DNA from: an uncultured Eubacteriales bacterium
GTDB taxonomy: Bacteria; Acidobacteriota; Aminicenantia; Aminicenantales; UBA4085
NCBI GenBank assembly: GCA_964537875.1
Contig: CAZIDN010000009.1
Span: 3,043-67,042 of the forward strand
Direction of reading: 5' to 3'
DNA length: 64,000 bases
The notes beneath the pieces were generated by a model. The model was not told where the DNA came from. It did no database searches and worked only from the letters and a program-made list of their open reading frames with translations. The translations under genes were made by a program, and so were the position numbers. Positions 28,059 through 37,101 of the stretch are shown here, in pieces; positions within the stretch are counted from its first letter, which is position 1; each line of letters begins with the position of its first letter.

Positions 28059-29063
28059 ATGGAGAAAATTAAAGTCATTATCTACGGTTGCGGCGTCATG
28101 GGCCGCAAAATCGTCCAGGCGCTGCTTGATAAAAAAAGTTTTAAGATTGTCGGGGCGGTCGACATCGACCCTAAGATCGTGGGAAAAGACCTTGGCAGGC
28201 TCCTGGAGTCTCCTAAAAAGCTGGGCCTGAAGGTCGAGAAAAACGCAAGCGCCCTTTTCTCCCGCGTCAAAGGCGATGCCGTCGTCCATACGACCACGTC
28301 CGGCCTGAAAGGCGTTTTCCCGCAAATTGCTCAATGCATAAGAGCCGGCCTAAACGTCGTCTCCACCTGCGAAGAGCTCTCCTATCCCTGGAAGCGCTCT
28401 GCAAAGCTCGCCAAAGAGCTGGATAGCTTCGCCAGGAAAAAGGGAGTGACTGTTGTGGGCACGGGCATCAATCCCGGCTACTTGATGGATACGCTTCCGC
28501 TCGTTTTGACCGGTCCCTGTCTCAAAGTGGATTCAATCAAGGTCACACGCATGATGAATTCGGCTAAAAGGCGCATTCCTTTCCAGGCCAAGGTAGGAAC
28601 AAACCTGACCCCGAGAGAATTCAGGGAAAAAATCGACAAAAAAGTCATCACGGGACATGTCGGACTTCTGGAATCCATCAATATGATTGCGGCCGGGCTG
28701 GGCTGGAAGCTTGATGAAGCCGTCGAAAATCCGCCCAGGCCTGTCCTCGCCAAAAGGCCGACAAAATCAGCCTTGGGCGTTGTAGCGCCGGGAAAAGTCA
28801 TCGGCCTTATCAGCCAGGCGTATGCCAAGAAGAACGGAAAAAAAGTCATTACTCTCCAATTCTGCGCCCACGCAGGAGTGAAAAAAGAATATGACGAAAT
28901 CATCATCGAAGGGACGCCCCGCATCCACGAAAAAATATTGGGCGGCGTTCACGGAGACCTCGGCACGGTGGCCATGACGATCAATGTGATCCCCAGGACG
29001 ATTGAAGCGCGTCCAGGTCTGAAAACGATGAAGGATTTGGCCCCCGCGGTAGCTACTTTGTAG
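28059..29063 (+). CDS. NAD(P)-dependent amino acid dehydrogenase, 2,4-diaminopentanoate dehydrogenase / DapB-like
   Basis: Rossmann GCGVMG, NVVSTCEEL, GTGINPGYLMD, GHVGLLES and GGVHGDLGT. Confidence 0.8.
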   Translation: MEKIKVIIYGCGVMGRKIVQALLDKKSFKIVGAVDIDPKIVGKDLGRLLESPKKLGLKVEKNASALFSRVKGDAVVHTTTSGLKGVFPQIAQCIRAGLNVVSTCEELSYPWKRSAKLAKELDSFARKKGVTVVGTGINPGYLMDTLPLVLTGPCLKVDSIKVTRMMNSAKRRIPFQAKVGTNLTPREFREKIDKKVITGHVGLLESINMIAAGLGWKLDEAVENPPRPVLAKRPTKSALGVVAPGKVIGLISQAYAKKNGKKVITLQFCAHAGVKKEYDEIIIEGTPRIHEKILGGVHGDLGTVAMTINVIPRTIEARPGLKTMKDLAPAVATL

Positions 29064-30171
29064 TCTTGAGCCGAAGGCCCTTTCTCCGAGCGATTTTCTC
29101 GTAGACGTCGATGATCCGGTCGGCCATGGATTCGGCGGAGAATTTCTGGTGGACGATGTCATATCCTTTCTGGGCCAGGTGGCGTCCGAATTCCCGGTCG
29201 TGATAGAGCTTGAGAATAGCCTCGGCAAGCGCCTGGGGATTGCGCGCAGGGACCAGGATCCCCGTCTGATTGTTGATGACGATCTCCGGAATGCCTCCGA
29301 CGGCCGTGGCCACGACCGGTAGGCGGCTGGCCATGGCATCCATAATCGATGTTCCCAGCCCTTCCAAATAAGAGGAGAGCACGAATAGATCCAGGGAGGC
29401 CATGATCTGGGGAACGTCCTCGCGAAAGCCCAGGAAATAGACGAGGTCGTCCACGTGCAAAACCCGCGCCTGCTGGTCCAGCTCCAGTTCGAGAGAGCCC
29501 TTGCCGACGATCACGATCTTGATGTTCGAAGTGCGCTCCTTGAGGATCTTGGCCGCTTCGATTAGATACTTGTGGCCCTTGTGGTCTTCGAGTTGGGCGA
29601 CGATCCCGACCAGGAAATCATCCTGGGCAAAGGAAAATTCCCGGCGGAGAAAGTCCCTGGACTGGACCTCGTCGAAGGGCGAAAAATCGATCCCCGACGG
29701 GATGACCTCAATGACCTCCGGGGCGATGCCGCCCTGGAGCAGGACATCCTTGACGCCCTCCGAGATGGCGATGATGACATCCACGTTTTTTCGGTATTTG
29801 TTGCGGGAGAGCAAGTTCTTTTTGAGCGGAAAATCGACCCGTCTGGAGATGACCCGGATCGGGACCTTGGCCCAGTTCGCGGCGACAGACCCGACAGCGG
29901 CGCCGTGGGCGTCATGGAAATGGGCGAGGAGGCAGCCGTGGCGCCGCATCGCCCGGGAGAGTTTGAAGGCAGCGCCGAAGTGCGATTCGCTCTTGATGCG
30001 GAGCGGAAGGACGGGCAAGTTTTCGGCCGAGGCTTTTTCATAGAGCGGGCTGCCGGGCTGGACGACGAGCTGAAAAGGATAGCCCTTTTTCCGGAGCTCC
30101 CGGGCCAGGAACAAGGCCTGGCGCTGGCCTCCCCGCCACTCCCGGCCCGCGTCAATCTGGAAAAGGCTCAA
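29053..30171 (-). CDS. Glycosyltransferase family 4
   Basis: GGQRQ, HKGHKYLIEA, EGLGTSIMDAMAS (ExxG motif) and VGGIPE. Confidence 0.93.
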   Translation of the reverse strand: MSLFQIDAGREWRGGQRQALFLARELRKKGYPFQLVVQPGSPLYEKASAENLPVLPLRIKSESHFGAAFKLSRAMRRHGCLLAHFHDAHGAAVGSVAANWAKVPIRVISRRVDFPLKKNLLSRNKYRKNVDVIIAISEGVKDVLLQGGIAPEVIEVIPSGIDFSPFDEVQSRDFLRREFSFAQDDFLVGIVAQLEDHKGHKYLIEAAKILKERTSNIKIVIVGKGSLELELDQQARVLHVDDLVYFLGFREDVPQIMASLDLFVLSSYLEGLGTSIMDAMASRLPVVATAVGGIPEIVINNQTGILVPARNPQALAEAILKLYHDREFGRHLAQKGYDIVHQKFSAESMADRIIDVYEKIARRKGLRLKTTK

Positions 30172-30925
30172 TCCGCTCTCCTTTTTTCCAAATCTCCCGC
30201 AGCTTGGCGTACCGGATAAAAATCGCGTAGCCGTTGAGCACGGAGATCACTAAGCCGGCGAAGCCGTCCAGAAATCCCAGCTTTAAAAAATACGATTTGG
30301 TGAACCGGAAGCAGGGAAGAAAGAGGAGGTGATACCAGCGGCACTTTTTTTTGTGGGCGTAGAGCTTCTGCGCTCCCAGGTCCGAGAAATGGTTGATCCG
30401 GGTCAGGTGTTCGCCGATGTTCCGGTAGGTAAAATGATGGATGGCGCCCTTGAGCTTTCTGATCTCGCCGGCCACGACGAGCTTTTCATGGATATACTCG
30501 CCCTCCCAATGGGCGTGGTCCTTACGGAAGAGGCGAATCCTGCGATCGGGGTACCAGCCTGAATGGCGGATCCATTTGCCCAGATAATAAACCTGCCTAG
30601 CGACAGAAAAGCCGGAACTGGACGGCTCCTCCCCTTTCAGCTTGAGAAGCTCCGCCCGAAGCTCGGGAGAGACCCTCTCATCGGCATCAAGGGATAAAAT
30701 CCAGGGGCCGGCGGCATGGCTGTTGGCGAAGTTCTTCTGGTCGGCGTAGTTCGTCCATTTCCGCTCGAAGACATGGTCCGTGTATTTCTTGGCGATCTTG
30801 ACCGTTTTGTCGGTGCTGCCGCTGTCGACGACGATGACCTCGGAAGCGATACCGGCAACGCTTTGGATGGCGGCCTCGATGTTATTTTCTTCGTTAAAGG
30901 TAATGACAACCGCCGATATTTTCAT
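30152..30925 (-). CDS. Glycosyltransferase family 2 (WaaE/KdtX-like LPS glycosyltransferase)
   Basis: VITFNEE, VVDSGSTD, WILSLDADE, GWYPD and GFLDGFAG. Confidence 0.92.
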   Translation of the reverse strand: MKISAVVITFNEENNIEAAIQSVAGIASEVIVVDSGSTDKTVKIAKKYTDHVFERKWTNYADQKNFANSHAAGPWILSLDADERVSPELRAELLKLKGEEPSSSGFSVARQVYYLGKWIRHSGWYPDRRIRLFRKDHAHWEGEYIHEKLVVAGEIRKLKGAIHHFTYRNIGEHLTRINHFSDLGAQKLYAHKKKCRWYHLLFLPCFRFTKSYFLKLGFLDGFAGLVISVLNGYAIFIRYAKLREIWKKGERIEPFPD

Positions 30926-30975
30926 GGGAGAATCTTAACACACAGAGAAAAATCTTAGCAAGCCAAAGGAAACAT

Positions 30976-31041
30976 GGGGTCAAACCTACTCGTTACGCAC
31001 GTAACCCTGGAGAATTATGCGTAAAGAGTAGGTTTGACCCC
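30976..31041. repeat. 66-bp REP-like palindrome (GGGGTCAAACCTACTC...GAGTAGGTTTGACCCC)
   Basis: Perfect 16-bp terminal IR; member of a family with copies at 32245, 37024, 40418, 43799 and 53497. Confidence 0.9.
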
Positions 31042-31105
31042 GGCTTTCATTTCTTTGGGAAGATATTATGGGAATCGTCGTCCAAATAAAGAGAGGAGTA
31101 CACTT

Positions 31106-32170
31106 ATGGGCTTAAAATCAAACCCTTTTGAAAAATCCGGAGCATATTCCCGGAGGCGCTTTCTTAAGCAAACGGCCCTGACCGCGGCCGGTTGGGCGGC
31201 GGCCCGCAAGCTGGCCCCGGGATTCGACGGTTGGCTCGACGCCCGGCTGTCCCCGGAAAAAAGCAAAGTCGTCCTGGTTCGCCATAAGGCCGTCGTGGAC
31301 GCATCGGGCAAGGTCCAAAGCCCGCTTCTTCAGGAGATGCTCGATAAAGCCCTCACGACATTCACCGGGCAGTCGTCCGTTTCCGATGCCTGGCGGCGGT
31401 TCATCTCGCCGGAGGACGTCGTCGGCCTCAAGATCAACACGCTCGGCTGTCAGAGCGTCCAGGGCACGGATTACACGCAGCACTTTCCTGCCATTATCGA
31501 AGCCGTCGCTCGCGGGCTGCGTGGGATAGGCATTAAAGACCGGAGTATTGTCATCTGGGACCGGAGCGAAGAGGAGATGAAGGAAGCCGGCCTGACCATC
31601 CAAACCGATCCCGGCGCGATGCGATTCATCGCCAATAAGCCCGGCCGTAGGGACCCGGGCGATTACGCCGCCACAAGCTATCCCGTCGGCGGGGGGTCGA
31701 GCCGGGTCAGCCGGATTCTGGCCGACGTCTGCACCACACTGATCAACATCCCTGTTCCCAAAACCCACGGCAACTCGATCTTCACCTGCAGCCTCAAAAA
31801 CCACTACGGCACGATCGATAATCCCAACCGCTATCACGCCAACAACTGTTCGGATCCCGGCATTGCGGAGGTCAATGCCATTCCCATCATTTGCCAGAAA
31901 CAAAAACTTGTGGTTTCCGATGCTCTTCTCATCGTCACAGAAGGCGGACCGCGCTGGGACCGACGTTTTATTCGTCCCTACGGAGGAGTCCTCGTAAGCA
32001 CGGATCCCGTCGCCGTCGATGCCGTGGCGCTGAGCATCCTCGACGATCTGCGCAAGACGGATGGGATGGAGCCCATCGCTCCCCGGGTCCCGCATATCGC
32101 GTTAGCCGAAAAACTCGGACTCGGGAAAAGCCGTCTCGAAGACATCGAGCTTGTGACCGTGAATTTGTAG
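31106..32170 (+). CDS. DUF362 domain protein with twin-arginine signal
   Basis: SRRRFLK, VVGLKINTL, INIPVPKTHG, CSLKNHYG and DPVAVD. Start placed at ATG 31106 (GAGGAG RBS). Confidence 0.88.
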   Translation: MGLKSNPFEKSGAYSRRRFLKQTALTAAGWAAARKLAPGFDGWLDARLSPEKSKVVLVRHKAVVDASGKVQSPLLQEMLDKALTTFTGQSSVSDAWRRFISPEDVVGLKINTLGCQSVQGTDYTQHFPAIIEAVARGLRGIGIKDRSIVIWDRSEEEMKEAGLTIQTDPGAMRFIANKPGRRDPGDYAATSYPVGGGSSRVSRILADVCTTLINIPVPKTHGNSIFTCSLKNHYGTIDNPNRYHANNCSDPGIAEVNAIPIICQKQKLVVSDALLIVTEGGPRWDRRFIRPYGGVLVSTDPVAVDAVALSILDDLRKTDGMEPIAPRVPHIALAEKLGLGKSRLEDIELVTVNL

Positions 32171-32244
32171 GGAGCCTGTTTTCGCTGGATCGAAGTCAGG
32201 CCTCAACGCCTAGCATTTTTAAAGGATCATTTCAAAGCCAAAAT

Positions 32245-32310
32245 GGGGTCAAACCTACTCGTTACGTATAATTTCTAAGGGAAGCATGCGTAACGAGTAG
32301 GTTTGACCCC
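32245..32310. repeat. 66-bp REP-like palindrome
   Basis: GGGGTCAAACCTACTCGTTACG...CGTAACGAGTAGGTTTGACCCC, a perfect 22-bp IR. Confidence 0.9.
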
Positions 32311-32341
32311 ATTTCTGCCGTTGCAAGCCAACGCAGAACTG

Positions 32342-32560
32342 TTAGTACGCGACTTTCCACTGCACGGACAGCTTGCGGCCGGACGCCGCGCAATCCCTCA
32401 AATAGAGATTGATCAGGGTCTGGTAGGGAATTCCCGCCTCTTTGGCGATTTTCTTGAAATATTTTACAGTCCCTTCATCGAGCCTGATCGTTACTTGCCG
32501 CTTGAGCAGACCGGCGTAGGGATTTCTCTTCGCTCTCGTAAAATCGTATTCTTTTCTCAT
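32342..32560 (-). CDS. brnA: BrnA/CopG-like antitoxin
   Basis: MRKEYDF...NPY...VTIRLD...YQTLINLYLRD; directly follows BrnT. Confidence 0.88.
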   Translation of the reverse strand: MRKEYDFTRAKRNPYAGLLKRQVTIRLDEGTVKYFKKIAKEAGIPYQTLINLYLRDCAASGRKLSVQWKVAY

Positions 32561-32565
32561 GTTTT

Positions 32566-32853
32566 TCACCTTTCCCAATATTGTTTCTGCTCGGTACGGG
32601 TTGCCTTACGAGCGGATATGATTCTGATGACATTCTCGGCTTTTCGATAGCAATGACAAACGATCAACAACCTCAGCTTGAAGCTCATCCCGAGAAGAAC
32701 AAATCGATCTTCTTCAAGGGAATGGTCCGGATCATGGATCAACAAGGCGTTCTCATCCAGGAAGACCGTTTGAGCTTCTTCAAAGGAAATGCCGTGCTTC
32801 TTTTTATTGGAAATGCTCTTCTTCTCATCCCATTCGAAGCATAGCTCACTCAT
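32566..32853 (-). CDS. brnT: BrnT family ribonuclease toxin
   Basis: FEWDEKKSISNKKKHGISFEEA...HSLEEDRF...RIISARKAT. Confidence 0.93.
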   Translation of the reverse strand: MSELCFEWDEKKSISNKKKHGISFEEAQTVFLDENALLIHDPDHSLEEDRFVLLGMSFKLRLLIVCHCYRKAENVIRIISARKATRTEQKQYWER

Positions 32854-32888
32854 ATTTACAATGTAATTTTATTGTATGCGTTTGTCAA
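32854..32888 (-). promoter_or_regulatory. sigma70 promoter and operator of brnTA
   Basis: On the minus strand, TTGACA-N17-TACATT lies 6 nt before the ATG. An inverted repeat TACAAT-N8-ATTGTA overlaps the -10. Confidence 0.65.
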
Positions 32889-32926
32889 GGTTCCGCCATG
32901 AATCAAAAAAGCCAGGCCTGTTCAAC

Positions 32927-33874
32927 CTAACGACGGATCGTGACGTCGGTCTCCACCGTGAAAAACTTATAGTCCTTGAGCGTGACCTGCAGCTCGGATT
33001 TGCGTATTTTGCGCGTCCCTCCCGGAGTGGTTTGGGAATAGTCTTCTTCGACCGTAAAACGGCTCGGGAATCGAATCCCATTTTTTTCGTACTGGTATTC
33101 CGTCGTGAAACGCAAGGTGGGTTTGGCCTTGAGCGCTTGGGCGTATTTCAGCGTTTCCTCGTAGTTTCCCAAAGATTCTTCCTGCCATTCGATCTTGAAA
33201 ACGCTTCCGTCCGCCGGGCTGACCCAGGCCCGGCCGTAGAGCCATCTCGCATTGCCCGGCTCGCGAGGAACCACCCTGATCACCAAGGCCGGCTTCCGCC
33301 AAATCTTTACTTCATCTTCGACCAAATAGGAATGAATCCGCTGGGCCGTGTCTCCCAGAAGCCCGATCGGTCCGAAGGCGAGAAATTTATAGTTGAATCG
33401 AAGAGTTTTCAACGGAGCGTCCTCGACGCGGCAGGGCTTGCCGTTTTCCCGGATGAGAATGCGCCTCTCCTCTTCCAGCCCGGTTTTACGAATGAGTTGA
33501 TAATCATAAGAATAGGCATACTCCTCCAGCTTCCAGCCTCCAGGCCGCATCATGACTCGATACGGATTGAAAATCCGCTCTCGTACATCCTCCTGAGAGA
33601 TGAAAAATAGGGCGATGCGATCCAGTCGGAGGCAATATTCCAGCGATTTTTTGAGAACATCGTTGAGTCGTTTCTGGTTGAAGGCGAGATTCTCATCGGC
33701 ATCGAGCCCGCCGATCGTCCGGATCAATTCAAGCTTTGCCGCCAAGTTGGCGTCCCATTTCCCGCTCTTCTCATTGTGGATAATAGGGACACTGTTCATA
33801 GTCTCGATTTTTTGGGCCGAGGTGAATGCCGCGACGAATATTATGGCCAAAAAAAGAATAGCTGTTTTTCTCAT
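32927..33874 (-). CDS. Secreted hypothetical protein, VWA-partner family (paralog 1)
   Basis: Signal peptide; shares EYC..L, YDYQ, ENG, GPIGL, LYGRAW, KNGIRFPS and KFFTVET with three neighbours. Start at ATG 33874. Confidence 0.8.
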   Translation of the reverse strand: MRKTAILFLAIIFVAAFTSAQKIETMNSVPIIHNEKSGKWDANLAAKLELIRTIGGLDADENLAFNQKRLNDVLKKSLEYCLRLDRIALFFISQEDVRERIFNPYRVMMRPGGWKLEEYAYSYDYQLIRKTGLEEERRILIRENGKPCRVEDAPLKTLRFNYKFLAFGPIGLLGDTAQRIHSYLVEDEVKIWRKPALVIRVVPREPGNARWLYGRAWVSPADGSVFKIEWQEESLGNYEETLKYAQALKAKPTLRFTTEYQYEKNGIRFPSRFTVEEDYSQTTPGGTRKIRKSELQVTLKDYKFFTVETDVTIRR

Positions 33875-33965
33875 ACGCTTCCCCCTTTCCTGATGAACCA
33901 TAATTCTCCTCTTGGATTAAACCCACTCAATTCGCAAAAGAGAAAATTCAAATTGATCAATATTT

Positions 33966-36014
33966 TCAAATAATTTTTATCCTGCGGCTGACCTCGGTTT
34001 TCGCCCCCGAATTTTTATCCTGAGCGACGAGTGTCAAAGTGTAATCTCCTGGCTCGAGCCCGGGGAGAGGAAGCGAAAGGAGCAAGATATCCAGCTTCCC
34101 CTGACGCTTGCCGTTGAGAATCGAGGGAGAGAGAGGGATCGCCTCTCCTCCAGCGCCCGCTTTTAGATAAGCTGAAAATTCGATATTAGCATTAGGGATG
34201 TTATGAACCATCGATCGAACCATGGCCAGCACTTCGGAAGTTCCCTTTGGGATCTCATCCATGACTGGCGCCAGGCGGTTCGTGAGAAAAGGAAAGAGGT
34301 CTTTGAGTCCGCTCGCAAATTTATCGATAGGTTCTTTGTCCTGTTTTGTCAGCCTGAAATAGGCTACATCTTTGTCCGCCGTCGGGACAAGCAACAAAGG
34401 CGAATCCAATTGCAGCCCGGATGTAACGGTCTGCGGAACCGTTGCCGCGCCTCGCGCCCGCGCCGCCTTGCCCGTCTGCATATTCCGCAGGATCATTACG
34501 CAATCATAGACGCCGGGGTTTAGGGGAATCATGCCGTAATACACGAGGCGTTTTTTCGAGATATCCGGGATCTCGATGTCCCCGCCTTTGCTCACGATCA
34601 TATTATTGTCCTGGTCGATGACGATACTCACCACCTCCATCGGAGGTTTCATAATCTCTTCGAGACGCTCCCAGGGCAGCTCGGCCATAAAAATTAAATG
34701 CGTTCCGGATTCGACCTGGCAAGGCAAAACAACTAAAGCCAATTCGACCGGGGTTTGAAATTGGGCGTTCTCGCTGAAGGCCAGGTCCATCAGATGGAGC
34801 TCTTTTTCAAACTTTGAAAATTGGGAGAAAGGCTTCGGGTTATAATAACCGCTTTGCGAAGATACGAGACAATCCTCGCGGTTCACCTTGACCTTAATCT
34901 CGTGGAATTGTCCGTCCCATTTTGCGTCGATGTAATAGCCGAGGACATAGTAGTTGCCGGTCGCATTTTGAATGCCGGAAGCGATTTTTTCCGCTTGAGC
35001 GACGTCCTCGTAATATTGACCGCCGGACAGAGCGGCGAGATTTTGAAGCGACAGATCTCCTCGATCATCCGGAGATATAAAATGGGAACGCGAGCCCATG
35101 GTATTGATCGTGTAGATAGGGCTCGAGGATGAACTGAATTCCTTGCCCATGTCCTCGTAGCTCTTTTGGAAGACCATGTCGCCGACCAGCGTCGATCGGG
35201 CGAAACCGGCCGAAAAAAAGACAATATTCTTATAGCCGGGAATATACCGCAGCGTTTTCGCGAGCTCGGTCATGACCGAAACATAGTTTTTGCGCAGCAT
35301 TTCAGCATAATCTGCCTCCGGGTTGTAGGGCGGAGCAAGAAAAGCCAAAATGCCGCCCCCGCCTTCTCCGAGAGGTTCGGTCGGCAGTCCTCCGCTACCC
35401 GAGCCCGGAACGCCTTTCAGCTTTTCGATCGCCTTCCTGACTTTTTTATGGTCCGTGCTTGAGTATTCATGCATCTTCAACCCTATTCGCGGCTGAAAGG
35501 AGAGAATGCCGACCTCGTCGGTCGGCTGGACCTGATTGTCCATGAAATGAAAAGCAGCCTGCTTTGATCGTGCGAAGCCCTGCAAGTCGTTCTGCTGGAT
35601 GTCAAAAATGAAAAAGAATTTTCTATTTAGTTTTGGGAGCTGCGTAGGGGGCAGCACCGCCGTTTTTTGAAGTTCGGCGACCTCCTTTTGTTCAGGCTTT
35701 TTCCCCGGCACGGCGAGGAAATGTTTTTCAAAGTCTGTGATGGTTTTGGCCAGTCCATTATCAAAAATCTCAAAATCCGATTTATTCAAATCCTTAACGG
35801 GTCTTCCCTGCTTATCCGTGACATAGACCTGGACGAGCTTCAACGTGACGGAGACTTCATACTGGAGCGTTGGCTGCTGGGCTTTTTCTTGGGCAGGATC
35901 GATATTCCCCGCAGCCGGCTGAAACGGGAAAAACAATGATAAGAAGACAATAAAAAAACGGACGAGATGGCTGCGCCGAGAGGCTGGCCACGACCATCTT
36001 AATTTATTGCCCAT
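33966..36014 (-). CDS. VWA domain protein, Acidobacterial type (paralog 1)
   Basis: QYEVSVTLKLVQVYVTDKQGRPVKDL..DF, YYVLGY, DGQFHEIKVKV and GYYNPKPF. Start at ATG 36014. Confidence 0.85.
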   Translation of the reverse strand: MGNKLRWSWPASRRSHLVRFFIVFLSLFFPFQPAAGNIDPAQEKAQQPTLQYEVSVTLKLVQVYVTDKQGRPVKDLNKSDFEIFDNGLAKTITDFEKHFLAVPGKKPEQKEVAELQKTAVLPPTQLPKLNRKFFFIFDIQQNDLQGFARSKQAAFHFMDNQVQPTDEVGILSFQPRIGLKMHEYSSTDHKKVRKAIEKLKGVPGSGSGGLPTEPLGEGGGGILAFLAPPYNPEADYAEMLRKNYVSVMTELAKTLRYIPGYKNIVFFSAGFARSTLVGDMVFQKSYEDMGKEFSSSSSPIYTINTMGSRSHFISPDDRGDLSLQNLAALSGGQYYEDVAQAEKIASGIQNATGNYYVLGYYIDAKWDGQFHEIKVKVNREDCLVSSQSGYYNPKPFSQFSKFEKELHLMDLAFSENAQFQTPVELALVVLPCQVESGTHLIFMAELPWERLEEIMKPPMEVVSIVIDQDNNMIVSKGGDIEIPDISKKRLVYYGMIPLNPGVYDCVMILRNMQTGKAARARGAATVPQTVTSGLQLDSPLLLVPTADKDVAYFRLTKQDKEPIDKFASGLKDLFPFLTNRLAPVMDEIPKGTSEVLAMVRSMVHNIPNANIEFSAYLKAGAGGEAIPLSPSILNGKRQGKLDILLLSLPLPGLEPGDYTLTLVAQDKNSGAKTEVSRRIKII

Positions 36015-36039
36015 CCTTCGCTCTCCTCCTCGTTCATCT

Positions 36040-37004
36040 TCAATATTCGACTTTGGTTTCCACGGTAAAAAACCGGTAATTCTCATATCGGATCTCCGTC
36101 TTCGTCTGCGTGAACCCGCTGCTTCTCGAGCCCGAATATTTTTCATTAAAGACAGTCCGGCTGGGAAACCTCAGGCCGTTCTTAAGAATTCCGTATTCAT
36201 GAACCGTGGTCAAGATGGGCTTCAATCCTCGGCTTTTTGCAGCCTCCAGGATTTTTTCAAAACCGGCCAGGGATTGATCTTCTACTTCCATCTTAATAAC
36301 GCTCGAATCTGTCTTATCCACCCAGAGAGTCCCATAATTGGGCTTGCCTTCGATCGAGACCTTGGGCTTCGCTTTGATGACATAGGTTTCCCGGCCCCCG
36401 ACCCGATCCTGTTTGATAAATTCATAATCATAAATATCATGCCACTCGCGCCCAAAAAATCCCACCGGCCCGAAAACGGCTTTCCGGGAAAAAAATCTCT
36501 GTGTCTTCAGGTGCGCGTTCTTCAGATTTTTCTTTCGTCCATTTTCTTCGAGCAGCGTCCTTGTCTCTTCGATAGTCTCGCCCTTTTTCACAAGCTGATA
36601 ATCATAAACATATGAATTCCTGTTCGCCCTGCGCTTGAAGGAGGGAGCGGTTCCATAAGTGATGGCTGCTCCCTCTCCTCCTGACACGACCACTGTCCCT
36701 CCGCTGCGGAATTCATAAATATCCTCTTTGATCTTCTCCTGGCAGATAAAAAAAGCGCGGAACTGGCCAATTTCCGGCAATACTCCGCACAATTCTGGAG
36801 GATGGCAGTCATATCCGGACGGCTCGAAGCTGACGATTTTTGCGGATTCTTTTCAGGAATAATGCCTGCAGAGGCTGTCTGCGATTCTCGATCCAGCCTG
36901 AAATCCGTAAGCGCGGAGAAACTCGCTGAAACCGGAACAGAGATCCAAGGGGCTATGAGAAAGAAGCCGATAAGCAAACTCAAGAAACGGTTTCTATTTT
37001 TCAT
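36040..37004 (-). pseudogene. VWA-partner paralog 2, split by a one-base frameshift in a T7 run
   Basis: ORF 37004-36588 carries the signal peptide and CAEYCRKLASSALF. ORF 36792-36040 carries FICQEKIKE onward. One extra T at 36748-36754 joins them in frame, matching the paralogs. Confidence 0.8.
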
Positions 37005-37023
37005 CGCCCTTCTCCTTTACGCC

Positions 37024-37089
37024 GGGGTCAAACCTACTCATTACGCAAGTTCCCCTGGAGAATTGCGCGTAACGAGTAGGTTTGACCCC
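37024..37089. repeat. 66-bp REP-like palindrome
   Basis: GGGGTCAAACCTACTC...GAGTAGGTTTGACCCC. Confidence 0.9.
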
Positions 37090-37101
37090 CATTTATTGAA
37101 T

